Below, one piece after another: positions 7,871-21,900 of a DNA stretch of 22,174 nt (position 1 is its first letter; each line of letters begins with the position of its first letter). The notes under the pieces are model-generated. The model saw only the letters and a list, made by a program, of their open reading frames with translations, made no database searches and was not told the DNA's origin. The stretch covers positions 1-22,174 of the forward strand of contig NW_021823878.1 in the NCBI RefSeq assembly GCF_006345805.1. The letters run 5' to 3'. The stretch comes from Octopus sinensis. Lineage: Eukaryota. Position numbers and translations under genes: made by a program.

Positions 7871-10800
7871 TGTATACATTCAATACATTTATATATATAT
7901 ATATATATATATTATAGATATATATATATATATATATATAAATATATATAATGTATACATTTATATATATATATATATATATAATATGTATTATATATAT
8001 ATATACATATAAATATATATAATTTGTATACATTTTATACATATAATATAAATAATTTGTATACATTTATATACATATATATAATTTGTATACATTTATA
8101 TACATATATATAATTTGTATACATTTATATACATATATATATTTGTATACGTTTATATACATATATATAATTGGTTACATTTATATACATATATATAATT
8201 TGTATACGTTTTAATACATATAAATAATTTGTATACGTTTATATACATATATATAATTTGTATACGTTTATATACATATATATAATTTGTATACTTTATA
8301 TACATATATATAATTGTATACATTTATATACATAATATATTTGTATACATTTATATACATATATATAATTTGTATACATTTATATACATATATATAATTT
8401 GTATACATTTATATCATATATATAAGTTGTATACATTTATATATATATATAATTTGTATACGTTTATATACATATATATAATTTGGATACATATATATAA
8501 TTTGTATATATTTGTATACATATATATAATTTGTATATATTCATATACACATGTATAATTTGTATATATTCATATACACATGTATAATTTGTATATATTC
8601 ATATACACATGTATAATTTGTATATATTCATATCACATAATAATTTGTATATATTCATATACAAATATATAATTTGTATATATATCATATATATAATTTG
8701 TATATATTATATATATGTTATAAATATATACAAATTATATGTATAATTATATATAGTTGTATACATTTATATACAAATATATAATTTGTATACGTTTATA
8801 TACATATATATAATGTATACATATATATATTTGTAAGATATATATAATTTGTATATATTTGTATACAGATATATAATTTGTATATATTGTATACAGATAT
8901 ATAATTTGTATATATTTGTATACAGATAAATAATTTGTTATATTATATTCATATAATAATTGTATATATTTATTGCATATATATATTTTGTATATATTCA
9001 TATGCATATATATAATTTGTATATATTTATATAACATATATATATTTTGTATATATTTGTATGCATATATATAATTTGTATATATTTATGTGCATATATA
9101 TAATTTGTATATATTCATATGCATATATATAATTTGTATATATTCATATGCATATATATAGTTGTATATATTCATATACATAATATAATTTGTATATATT
9201 CATATACGTATATATAATTTGTATATCTTCATATACGTATGTATAATTTGTATATCTTCATATACATATATGTAATTTTATATTCATATACATATATGTA
9301 ATTTGTATATCTTTATTACATATATATAATTGTATATCTTTATATACATATATGTAATTTGTATAGCTTCATATACCTATATGTAATTGTATGTCTTCTA
9401 TACATATATTTAAATTGGATATCTTCATATACATATATGTAATTTGTATATATTCAGATACATATAGGTAATTTGTATATCATCATATACATATATGTAA
9501 TTTGTATATATTCATATACATATATATAATTTGTATATATTCATATACATATAAATAATTTATATATATTCATATACATATATATAATTTGTATATCTAC
9601 ATATACATATATGTAATTTGTATATATTCATATACATATATGTAATTTGTATATATTTCATATTATATATATAATGCTGTATATTCATATACATAAAATA
9701 ATTTGTATATATTCATATACATATAATAATTTGTATATCTTCATATACATACATGTAATTTGTATATATTCATATACATATATATAATTTGTATATATTC
9801 ATATACATATATATAATTTGTATATATTCATAACATATATATAATTTGTATATATTCATATACATATAAATTGTATTATATTCATATACATATATATAAT
9901 TGTATATATTATATACATATATATAATTTGTATATGTCATATACATATATATAATTTGTATATATTCATATACATATATATATTTTGTATATATTCATAT
10001 ACATATATATAACTTGTATATATTCATATACATATATATAATTTGTATATATTCATATACATATATATAATTTGTATATATTCATATACATATATATAAT
10101 TTGTATATATTCATATACATATATATAATTTGTATATATTCATATACATATATATAATTTGTATATATTCATATACATATATATAATTTGTATATATTCA
10201 TATACATATATATAATTTGTATATATTTATATACAAATATAAAATTTGTATATATTTATATACATATATATAATTTGTATATATTTATATACATATATAT
10301 GATTTGTATATATTTATGTATATGTATATAAATATATACTAATTATATTTATAATTATATATATTTTGTATATATTTATATACAAATATACAATTTGTAT
10401 ACGTTTATATACGTATATATAATTTGTATACATTTATATACATATATATATAATTTGTATACATTTATATACATATATATAATTTGTATACATATATACA
10501 TATATATAATTTGTATGCATATATATAATTTGTATATCTTCATATACATATATATACTTTGCATATTTTCATATACATATATGTAATTTGTATATATTCA
10601 TATACATATATGTAATTTGTATATATTCATATACATATATGTAATCGTATATCTTCATATACATAATGTAATTTGTATATCTTCATATACATATATAAAT
10701 TTGTATATATATTCATATACATATAAATAATTTGTATTATTCATATACATATATATAATTTGTATACCTTCATATACATATATGTAATTTGTATATCTTC

Positions 10801-13800
10801 ATATACATATATGTAACTTGTATATCTTCATATACATATATGTAATTTGTATATATTCATATACATATAAATAATTTGTATATATTCATATACATATATA
10901 TAATTTGTATACCTTCATATACATATATGTAATTTGTATATATTCAGATACATATAGGTAATTTGTAGATCTTCATATACATATATGTAATTTGTATATA
11001 TTCATATACATATATATAATTTGTATATCTACATATACATATATGTAATTTGTATATATTCATATACATATATGTAATTTGTATATATTCATATACATAT
11101 ATATAATCTGTATATATTCATATACATATAAATAATTTGTATATCTTCATATACATATATGTAATTGTATATATTCATATACATATATAATTTGTATATA
11201 TTCATATACATATATAATTTGTATATATTCATATACATATATATAATTTGTATATATTCATATATACATATATATAATTTGTATATATTCATATACATAT
11301 ATATAATTGTATATATGCATATACATATATATAATTTGTATATATTCATATACATATATATAATTTGTATATATTCATATACATATATATAATTGTATAT
11401 ATTCATATACATATATATAATTTGTATATATTCATACTACTATATAATTTGTATATATTCATATACATATATATAATTTGTATTATTCATATACATATAT
11501 ATAACTTGTATATATCATATACATATATATAATTTGTATATATTCATACATATATATAATTGTATATATTCATATACATATATATAATTTGTATATTCAT
11601 ATACATATATATAATTTGTATATATTCATATACATATATATAATTTGTATATATTCATATACATATATAATAATTGTATATATTCATATACATATATATA
11701 ATTTGTAATATTTATATAAAATATAAAATTTGTATATATTTATATACATATATATAATTTGTATATATTTATATACATATATGATTTGTATATATTTATG
11801 TATATGTATATAAAATATACTAATTATATTTATAATTATATATATTTTGTATATATTTATACAAATATACAATTGTATACGTTTATATACTATATATAAT
11901 TTGTATACATTTATATACATATATATATAATTTGTATACATTTATATACATATATATAATTTGTATACATATATACATATATATAATTTGTATGCATATA
12001 TATAATTTGTATATCTTCATATACATATATATACTTTGCATATTTTCATATACATATATGTAATTTGTATATATTCATATACATATATGTAATTTGTATA
12101 TATTCATATACATATATGTAATTCGTATATCTTCATATACATATATGTAATTTGTATATCTTCATATACATATATATAATTTGTATATATATTCATATAC
12201 ATATAAATAATTTGTATATATTCATATACATATATATAATTTGTATACCTTCATATACATATATGTAATTTGTATATATTCAGATACATATAGGTAATTT
12301 GTAGATCTTCATATACATATATGTAATTTGTATATATCATATACATATATATAATTTGTATATTACATATACATATATGTAATTGTATATATTCATATAC
12401 ATATATGTAATTTGTATATATTCATATACATATATATAATCTGTATATATCATATACATATAAATAATTTGTATATCTTCATATACATATATGTAATTTG
12501 TATATATTCATATACATATATATAATTTGTATATATTCTATACATATATATAATTGTATATATTCATATACATATATATAATTTGTATATATTCATATAC
12601 ATATATATAATTTGTATATATTCATATACATATATATAATTTGTATATATGCATATACATATATATAATTTGTATATATTCATATACATATATATAATTG
12701 TGTATATATTCATATACATATATATAATTTGTATATATTCATATACATATATATAATTTGTATATTCCATATACATATATATAATTTGTATATATTCATA
12801 TACATATATATAATTTGTATATATTCATATACATATATATAATTTGATGTATTCATATACATATAATAATTTGTATGTATTCATATACATATATAATTGG
12901 TTTATATTCATATACATATATATAATTTGTATATATTCATATACATATATATAATTTGTATATATTCATATACATATATATAATTTGTATATATTCATAT
13001 ACATAGATATAATTTGTATATATTCATATACATATATATAATTTGTATATATTCATATACTATATATAATTTGTATATATTCATATACATATATATAATT
13101 TGTATATATTCATATACATATATATAATTGTATATATTCTATACATATATTAATTTGTATATATTCATATACATATATAATTTGTATATATTCATATACA
13201 TATATATAATTTGTATATATTCATATACATATATATAATTTGTATTATATTCATATACATATATATAATTTGTATATATTCATATACATATATATAATTT
13301 GGATATATTCATATACATATATATAATTTGTACATATTCATATACATATATATAATTTGTATATATTCATATATATAACTTGTATATATTCATATACATA
13401 TATATAATTTGTATTATCATATACATATATATAATTTTATATATTCATATACAATATATAATTTGTATATATTCATATACATATATATAATTTGTATATA
13501 TTCATATACATATATATAATTTGTATATATTCATATACATATATATAATTTGTATATATTTATATACAAATATAAAATTTGTATATATTTATATACATAT
13601 ATATAATTTGTATATATTTATACATAATATAATTTGTATATATTTATATACATATATATAATTTGTATATATTTATATATATGTATAAAATATATACTAA
13701 TTATATTTATAATTATATATATTTTGTATATATTTATATACAAATATACAATTGTATACGTTTATATACGTATATATAATTGTATACGTTTATATACGTA

Positions 13801-13961
13801 TATATAATTTGTATACGTTATATACATATATAATTTGTATACATTTATATACATATATATAATTTGTATACATTTTATTACATATATATAATTTGTATAC
13901 ATATATACATATATATAATTTGTATGCATATATATAATTTGTATATCTTCATAGACATATA
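7871..13961. repeat. 29-bp AT-rich satellite, left arm; consensus TTCATATACATATATATAATTTGTATATA
   Basis: Exact 29-nt period, for example monomers at 10081, 10110 and 10139. The early variant is TTTATATACATATATATAATTTGTATACA (~8030-8460). It starts as TA microsatellite (~7889-8010). Confidence 0.97.
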
Positions 13962-15974
13962 CAAATGTGCAACTCTCCCATGAAAAAGAAAGAGCAGACA
14001 AAGAAGCCTGGGCTATAACAAAAAAAAAAATCTAACCCAGAGCTTTCTACAGTATGCCAAAGAAACAGCTACAGTGCACTGTAGAATAGGGCCACTCCTC
14101 GAAAAGTATGGCACACTTACAGGATAACCAATGAGGGTAAGTGAAATACTGAATGAGCAATTCAAGAGTGTTTTCACTCCACCCCTTGGGCATCTCCAAA
14201 TCACCAATCCAACTGACATTTTTACCACTGCAGATATAAAATCAGAGGCGGCGACGATAGATTACATCGATATAAAGGAAGACGATGTAACCAAGGCTAT
14301 AGATTGAAATGAAAACAGACTCAGCTACTGGCCCCGATGGATTCCCGGCAATCCTCCTAAAAGCATGTAAGAGAGTCCTAGCAAGACCACTGCAGTTCCT
14401 CTTTCAGAGCTTCCTTGCAGCTGGCAAACTTCCAGGAAAACTGAAGGAAGGGAAAATATGCCCCATTCATAAAGGAGGTAGCAGAGCGGAAGCCAAGAAC
14501 TATAGACCTATCTCTGACCTCACACATCAGCAAGGTCATGGAACGAATAGTCAGAAGGAAGCTGATCACCTTCCTTGAAGAGAATGACTTGCTGCCCGAC
14601 ACTCAACATGGTTTCCGACCAGGGAGAAGCTGTTTAACTCAGCTCCTACAACACTATGACTGGGTGCTGAAACGGCTGCTCAACCACTCAAATGTGGAAG
14701 TGATATATCTCGACTTTGCAAAGGCCTTTGATAAAGTCGATCATGGAATGTTATGTCACAAACTGCGTGATCTCAACATAGTTGGAAAACTGGGAGAATG
14801 GCTTCATGACTTTGTGAAGGATAGAAGTCAGGTGGTAGTAGCCAATGGGGCCACCTCCATTAACACACAAATAGTGAGCGGTGTTCCGCAGGGCACTGTT
14901 CTGGGACCACTACTGTTCATAATGGCCCTCTCAGACATGCCCTCAGCCACGCAGAGAGCCACGATCACAAGTTATGCAGATGATACAAAAGTTTCACAGG
15001 CAATACAGAACCCTGAGGACACTAAACACCTGCAATGTGAGCTGGACGAAATATACAAGTGGGCTGAAAAGAATAGCATGCAGTTCAATGCTGGAAAGTT
15101 TCAAGCTTTATACTATCAGCATGCAAAACTGAATGCAATACCAATGAATACACTGGACCCGGAGGGATTGCAATCCCAGAGGCACAATCAGTGCGTGTCC
15201 TGGGTATTCACATGAGTGATGACGCGACCTTTCATGTACATGTTGCTAAACTGACAATGAAATGTAGACGGCTGGCTGGATGGATTCTTAGAACCTTTAG
15301 AACAAGAGAACAAGAACCATGATGGTCCTCTGGAAGACACTTTTCCTAAGCCACTTTGACTATTGCTCTCAGCTATGGTCACCATCCAGTGTCAAGTTGA
15401 TCACAGAACTTGAGGCGATCCGACGAAGCTACACAAAGAAGATAGCCTCTATGCAGAATGTAAGCTACTGGGAAAGACTCAAGAGATTAAAATTATATTC
15501 CCTGGAGCGTAGGCGGGAAAGATATGCCATAAGATACATCTGGAAGATCCTGGAGGGAAGTGTCCTGAACTTTGGCATCGAGAGTTACGCAAATGCCAGA
15601 ACTGGGCGCCACTGCGTGGTGCCTAGGACTCCAAACCTGCCATCAAGATGTAGGACAAGATTCTGTGATAGCCTGGGCTTCCGAGGCCCACAGCTCTTCA
15701 ATATCCTCCCGAAGAACCTGAGAGACCTGCATGGGGTGGATACAGATGTCTTTAAAATGAAGCTGGATCTCTTCCTGTCAGGTGTCCCAGATGAACCAAC
15801 TTCACGGCAGGAGGGGCAGATGAGGGCAGCTGCATCGAACTCTCTCATGCACAAAATAGCAGTTGCGAGAAAGCCTCCATGAAGTGAAACCAAGTAGCAA
15901 CACCAAATGGCGGTGCCCCAGCATGGCCATAGCTCATAAGCTGAAACTAGAATCAATCAATCAATCAATCAATC
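13962..15974 (+). mobile_element. 5'-truncated CR1-type non-LTR retrotransposon (LINE) with 68-nt 3' UTR, (AATC)6 tail and candidate CATATA target-site duplication
   Basis: RT motifs: SATGPDGF, AKNYRPISLT, QHGFRPGRSCLTQLL, VIYLDFAKAFDKVDH, SGVPQGTVLGPLLF, YADDTK. CR1-like C-terminus: DYCSQLWSP, YWERLKRLKLYSLERRRER, FKMKLDLFL. Tail at 15951-15974; catata at 13956-13961 and 15974-15979. No APE endonuclease domain. LINE identity is firm; CR1 versus a related Jockey/L2-group clade needs an RT phylogeny. Confidence 0.95.
13964..15882 (+). pseudogene. Frameshifted LINE ORF2 (pre-RT linker, reverse transcriptase, C-terminal domain)
   Basis: ORF-track pieces 14309-14578, 14538-15215 and 15319-15882 join by 1-nt indels. 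The upstream region reconstructs as KSNPRAFYRYAK...RIGPL...EILNEQFKSVFT. Confidence 0.9.
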
Positions 15975-18900
15975 ATATATATACTTTGCATATTTTCATA
16001 TACATATATGTAATTTGTATATCTTCATATACATATATGTAATTTGTATATATTCATATACATATATATAATTTGTATATATATTCATATACATATAAAT
16101 AATTTGTATATATTCATATACATATATAATTTGTATACCTTCATATACATATATGTAATTTGTATATCTTCATATACATATATGTAATTTGTATATATTC
16201 GTATAAATATATATAATTTGTATATATATTCATATACATATATATAATTTGTATATCTTCATATACATATATATAACTTGTATATCTTCATATACATATA
16301 TATAATTTGTATATCTTCATATACATATATATAATTTGTATATCTTCATATACATATATATAATTTGTATATCTTCATATACATATATATAATTTGTATA
16401 TCTGCATATACATATGTATAATTTGTATATCTGCATATACATATATATAATTTGTATATCTTCATATACGTATATATAATTTGTATATCTTCATATACGT
16501 ATATATAATTTGTATATCTTCATATACGTATATATAATTTGTATATCTTCATATACATATATATAATTTGTATATCTTCATATACATATATGTAATTTGT
16601 ATATCTTCATATACATATATGTAATTTGTATATATTCATATACATATATGTAATTTGTATATCTTCATATACATATATATAATTTGTATATCTTCTTATT
16701 CATATATATAATTTGTATATCTTCATATACATATATGTAATTTGTATATCTTCATATACATATACGTAATTTGTATATATTCATATACATATATATAATT
16801 TGTATATCTTCATATACATATATGTAATTTGTATATCTTCATATACATATATGTAATTTGTATATCTTCATAGACATATATGTAATTGGTATATATTCAT
16901 ATACATATATATAATTTGTATATCTTTATATACATATATGTAATTTGTATAGCTTCATATACATATATGTAAGTTGTATATCTTCATATACATATATTTC
17001 AATTAGATATCTTCATATACATATATGTAATTTGTATATATTCATATACATATATATAATTTGTATATATTCATATACATATATATAATTTGTATATCTT
17101 CATATACATATATGTAATTTGTATATATTCATATACATATATGTAATTTCTATATATTCATATACATATATATAATCTGTATATATTCATATACATATAA
17201 ATAATTTGTATATATTCATATACATATAAATAATTTGTATATATTCATATACATATATATAATTTGTATATCTTTATATACATATATTTAATCTATATAT
17301 ATTCATATACATATATGTAATTTGTATATCTTCATATACATATATGTAATTTGTATATATTCATATACATATATGTAATTTCTATATATTCATATACATA
17401 TATATAATCTGTATATATTCATATACATATAAATATTTTGTATATATTCATATACATATATATTATTTGCATAACTTTATATACATATATGTGATTTGTA
17501 TATATTCATATACATATATATAATCTATATATATTCATATACATATAAATAATTTGTATATATTCATATACATATATATAATTTGTATATATTCATATAC
17601 ATATATGTAATTTGTATATATTCATATACATATATGTAATTTGTATATATTCATATACGTATATGTAATTTCTATATATTCATATACGTGTATGTAATTT
17701 GTACATATTCATATACGTGTATGTAATTTGTACATATTCATATACGTGTATGTAATTTGTACATATTCATATACATGTATATAATTTGTACATATTCATA
17801 TACAAGTGTATAATTTGTACATATTCATATACAAGTGTATAATTTGTACATATTCATATACAAGTGTATAATTTGTACATATTCTTATACAAGTGTATAA
17901 TTTGTACATATTCATATACAAGTGTATAACTTGTACATATTCATATACAAGTGTATAACTTGTACATATTCATATACATGTGTATAACTTGTACATATTC
18001 ATATACATGTGTATAACTTGTACATATTCATATACATGTGTATAACTTGTACATATTCATGTGTATAACTTGTACATATTCATATACATGTGTATAACTT
18101 GTACATATTCATATACATGTGTATAACTTGTACACATTCATGTGTATAACTTGTACATATTCATATACATGTGTATAACTTGTACATATTCATGTGTATA
18201 ACTTGTACATATTCATATACATGTGCATAACTTGTACATATTCATATACATGTGCATAACTTGTACATATTCATACATGTGCATAACTTGTACATATTCA
18301 TATACATGTGCATAACTTGTACATATTCATATACATGTGCATAACTTGTACATATTCATATACATGTGCATAACTTGTACATATTCATATACATGTGCAT
18401 AACTTGTACATATTCATATACATGTGTATAACTTGTACATATTCATATACATGTGTATAGCTTGTACATATTCATGTGTATAGCTTGTACATATTCATGT
18501 GTATAACTTGTACATATTCATATACATGTGTATAACTTGTACATATTCATATACATGTGTATAACTTGTACATATTCATGTGCATAACTTGTACATATTC
18601 ATATACATGTGCATAACTTGTATATATTCATATACATGTGCATAACTTGTACATATTCATATACATGTGCATAACTTGTACATATTCATATACATGTGCA
18701 TAACTTGTACATATTCATATACATGTGCATAACTTGTACATATTCATATACATGTGCATAACTTGTACATATTCATATACATGTGTATAGCTTGTACATA
18801 TTCATATACATGTGTATAACTTGTACATATTCATATACATGTGCATAACTTGTACATATTCATATACATGTGTATAGCTTGTACATATTCATATACATGT

Positions 18901-21900
18901 GCATAACTTGTACATATTCATATACATGTGCATAATTGTACATATTCATATACATGTATATAATTTGTACATATTCATATACAAGTGTATAATTTGTACA
19001 TATTCATATACAAGTGTATAATTTGTACATATTCATATACAAGTGTATAATTGGTACATATTCTTATACAAGTGTATAATTTGTACATATTCATATACAA
19101 GTGTATAACTTGTACATATTCATATACAAGTGTATAACTTGTACATATTCATATACATGTGTATAACTTGTACATATTCATATACATGTGTATAACTTGT
19201 ACATATTCATATACATGTGTATAACTTGTACATATTCATGTGTATAACTTGTACATATTCATATACATGTGTATAACTTGTACATATTCATATACATGTG
19301 TATAACTTGTACACATTCATGTGTATAACTTGTACATATTCATATACATGTGTATAACTTGTACATATTCATGTGTATAACTTGTACATATTCATATACA
19401 TGTGCATAACTTGTACATATTCATATACATGTGCATAACTTGTACATATTCATATACATGTGCATAACTTGTACATATTCATATACATGTGCTAACTTGT
19501 ACATATTCATATACATGTGCATAACTTGTACATATTCATATACATGTGCATAACTTGTACATATTCATATACATGTGCATAACTTGTACATATCATATAC
19601 ATGTGTATAACTTGTACATATTCATATACATGTGTATAGCTTGTACATATTCATGTGTATAGCTTGTACATATTCATGTGTATAACTTGTACATATTCAT
19701 ATACATGTGTATAACTTGTACATATTCATATACATGTGTATAACTTGTACATTCATGTGCATAACTTGTACATATTCATATACATGTGCATAACTTGTAT
19801 ATATTCATATACATGTGCATAACTTGTACATATTCATATACATGTGCATAACTTGTACATATTCATATACATGTGCATAACTTGTACATATTCATATACA
19901 TGTGCATAACTTGTACATATTCATATACATGTGCATAACTTGTACATATTCATATACATGTGTATAGCTTGTACATATTCATATACATGTGTATAACTTG
20001 TACATATTCATATACATGTGCATAACTTGTACATATTCATATACATGTGTATAGCTTGTACATATTCATATACATGTGCATAACTTGTACATATTCATAT
20101 ACATGTGCATAACTTGTACATATTCATATACATGTGCATAACTTGTACATATTCATGTGCATAACTTGTACATATTCATGTGTATAACTTGTACATATTC
20201 ATGTGTATAACTTGTACATATTCATGTGTATAACTTGTACATATTCATATACATGTGCATAACTTGTACATATTCATATACATGTGTATAGCTTGTACAT
20301 ATTCATGTGTATAACTTGTACATATTCATGTGCATAACTTGTACATATTCATGTGCATAACTTGTACACATGTGCATAACTTGTACACATGTGCATAACT
20401 TGTACATATTCATACACATGTGCATAACTTGCACATATTCATATACATGTGTATAACTTGCACATATTCATATACATATGTATAACTTGCATATATTCAT
20501 ATACATGTGTATAACTTGTACATATTCATATACATGTGTATAACTTGTACATATATACATGTGTATAACTTGTACATATATACATGTGTATAACTTGTAC
20601 ATTTTCATATACATGTGTATAACTTGTACATATTCATATACATGTGTATAACTTGTACATATTCATATACATGTGTATAACTTGTACATATTCATATACA
20701 TGTGTATAACTTGTACATATTCATATACATGTGTATAACTTGTACATATTCATATACATTTGTATAACTTGTACATATTCATATACATGTGTATAACTTG
20801 TACATATTCATATACATGTGTATAACTTGCACATATTCATATACATGTGTATAACTTGCACATATTCATATACATGTGTATAACTTGCACATATTCATAT
20901 ACATGTGTATAACTTGCACATATTCATATACATGTGTATAACTTGCACATATTCATATACATGTGTATAACTTGCACATATTCATATACATGTGTATAAC
21001 TTGCACATATTCATATACATGTGTATAACTTGCACATATTCATATACATGTGTATAACTTGCACATATTCATATACATGTGTATAACTTGCACATATTCA
21101 TATACATGTGTATAACTTGTACATATTCATATACATGTGTATAACTTGCACATATTCATATACATGTGTATAACTTGCATATATTCATATACATATGTAT
21201 AACTTGCATATATTCATATACATATGTATAACTTGCATATATTCATATACATATGTATAACTTGTATATATTCATATACATATGCATAACTTGTATATAT
21301 TCATATACATATGTATAACTTGTATATATTCATATACATATGTATAATTTGTATATTTTCATATACATATATATAACTTGTATATATTCATATACATATA
21401 TATAACTTGTATATATTCATATACATATATATAATTTGTATATATTCATATACATATATATAATTTGTATATATTCATATACATATATATAATTTGTATA
21501 TATTCATATACATATATATAATTTGTATATATTTATATACATATATATTATTTGTATATATTTATATGCATGTATATAATTTGTATATATTTATATATAT
21601 GTATATAAATATATACTAATTATATTTATAATTATATATATTTTGTATATATTTATATACAAATATACAATTTGTGTACGTTTATATACGTATATATAAT
21701 TTGTATACGTTTATATACATATATATAATTTGTATACATTTATATACCTTATATAATTTGTATACATATATGCATATATATAATTTGTATGCATATATAT
21801 AATTTGTATATCTTCATATACATATATATAATTTGCATATTTTCATATACATATATGTAATTCGTATATCTTCATATACATATATGTAATTTGTATACCT

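Noticed and set aside
7827-13990. Tyr/Ile/Met-rich ORFs in the ORF track
   Set aside because: They are translations of the satellite. The 29-bp period cycles through frames, and ORFs extend only where indels skip stop codons.
15883-15950. RT-recognition stem-loop in the LINE 3' UTR (agct-cata-agct; atggccat)
   Set aside because: The stems are only 4 bp and cannot be told from chance without a family alignment.
14013-15956. Minus-strand ORFs over the LINE (14013-14228, 14378-14602, 15188-15385, 15585-15956)
   Set aside because: They are antisense to a clear RT frame and have no independent motifs.
17650-21400. A>G and T>C changes in the core as a footprint of ADAR editing or GC-biased conversion
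   Set aside because: The starting monomer is 26/29 A+T, so nearly any transition must be A>G or T>C. No special mechanism is needed on this evidence.
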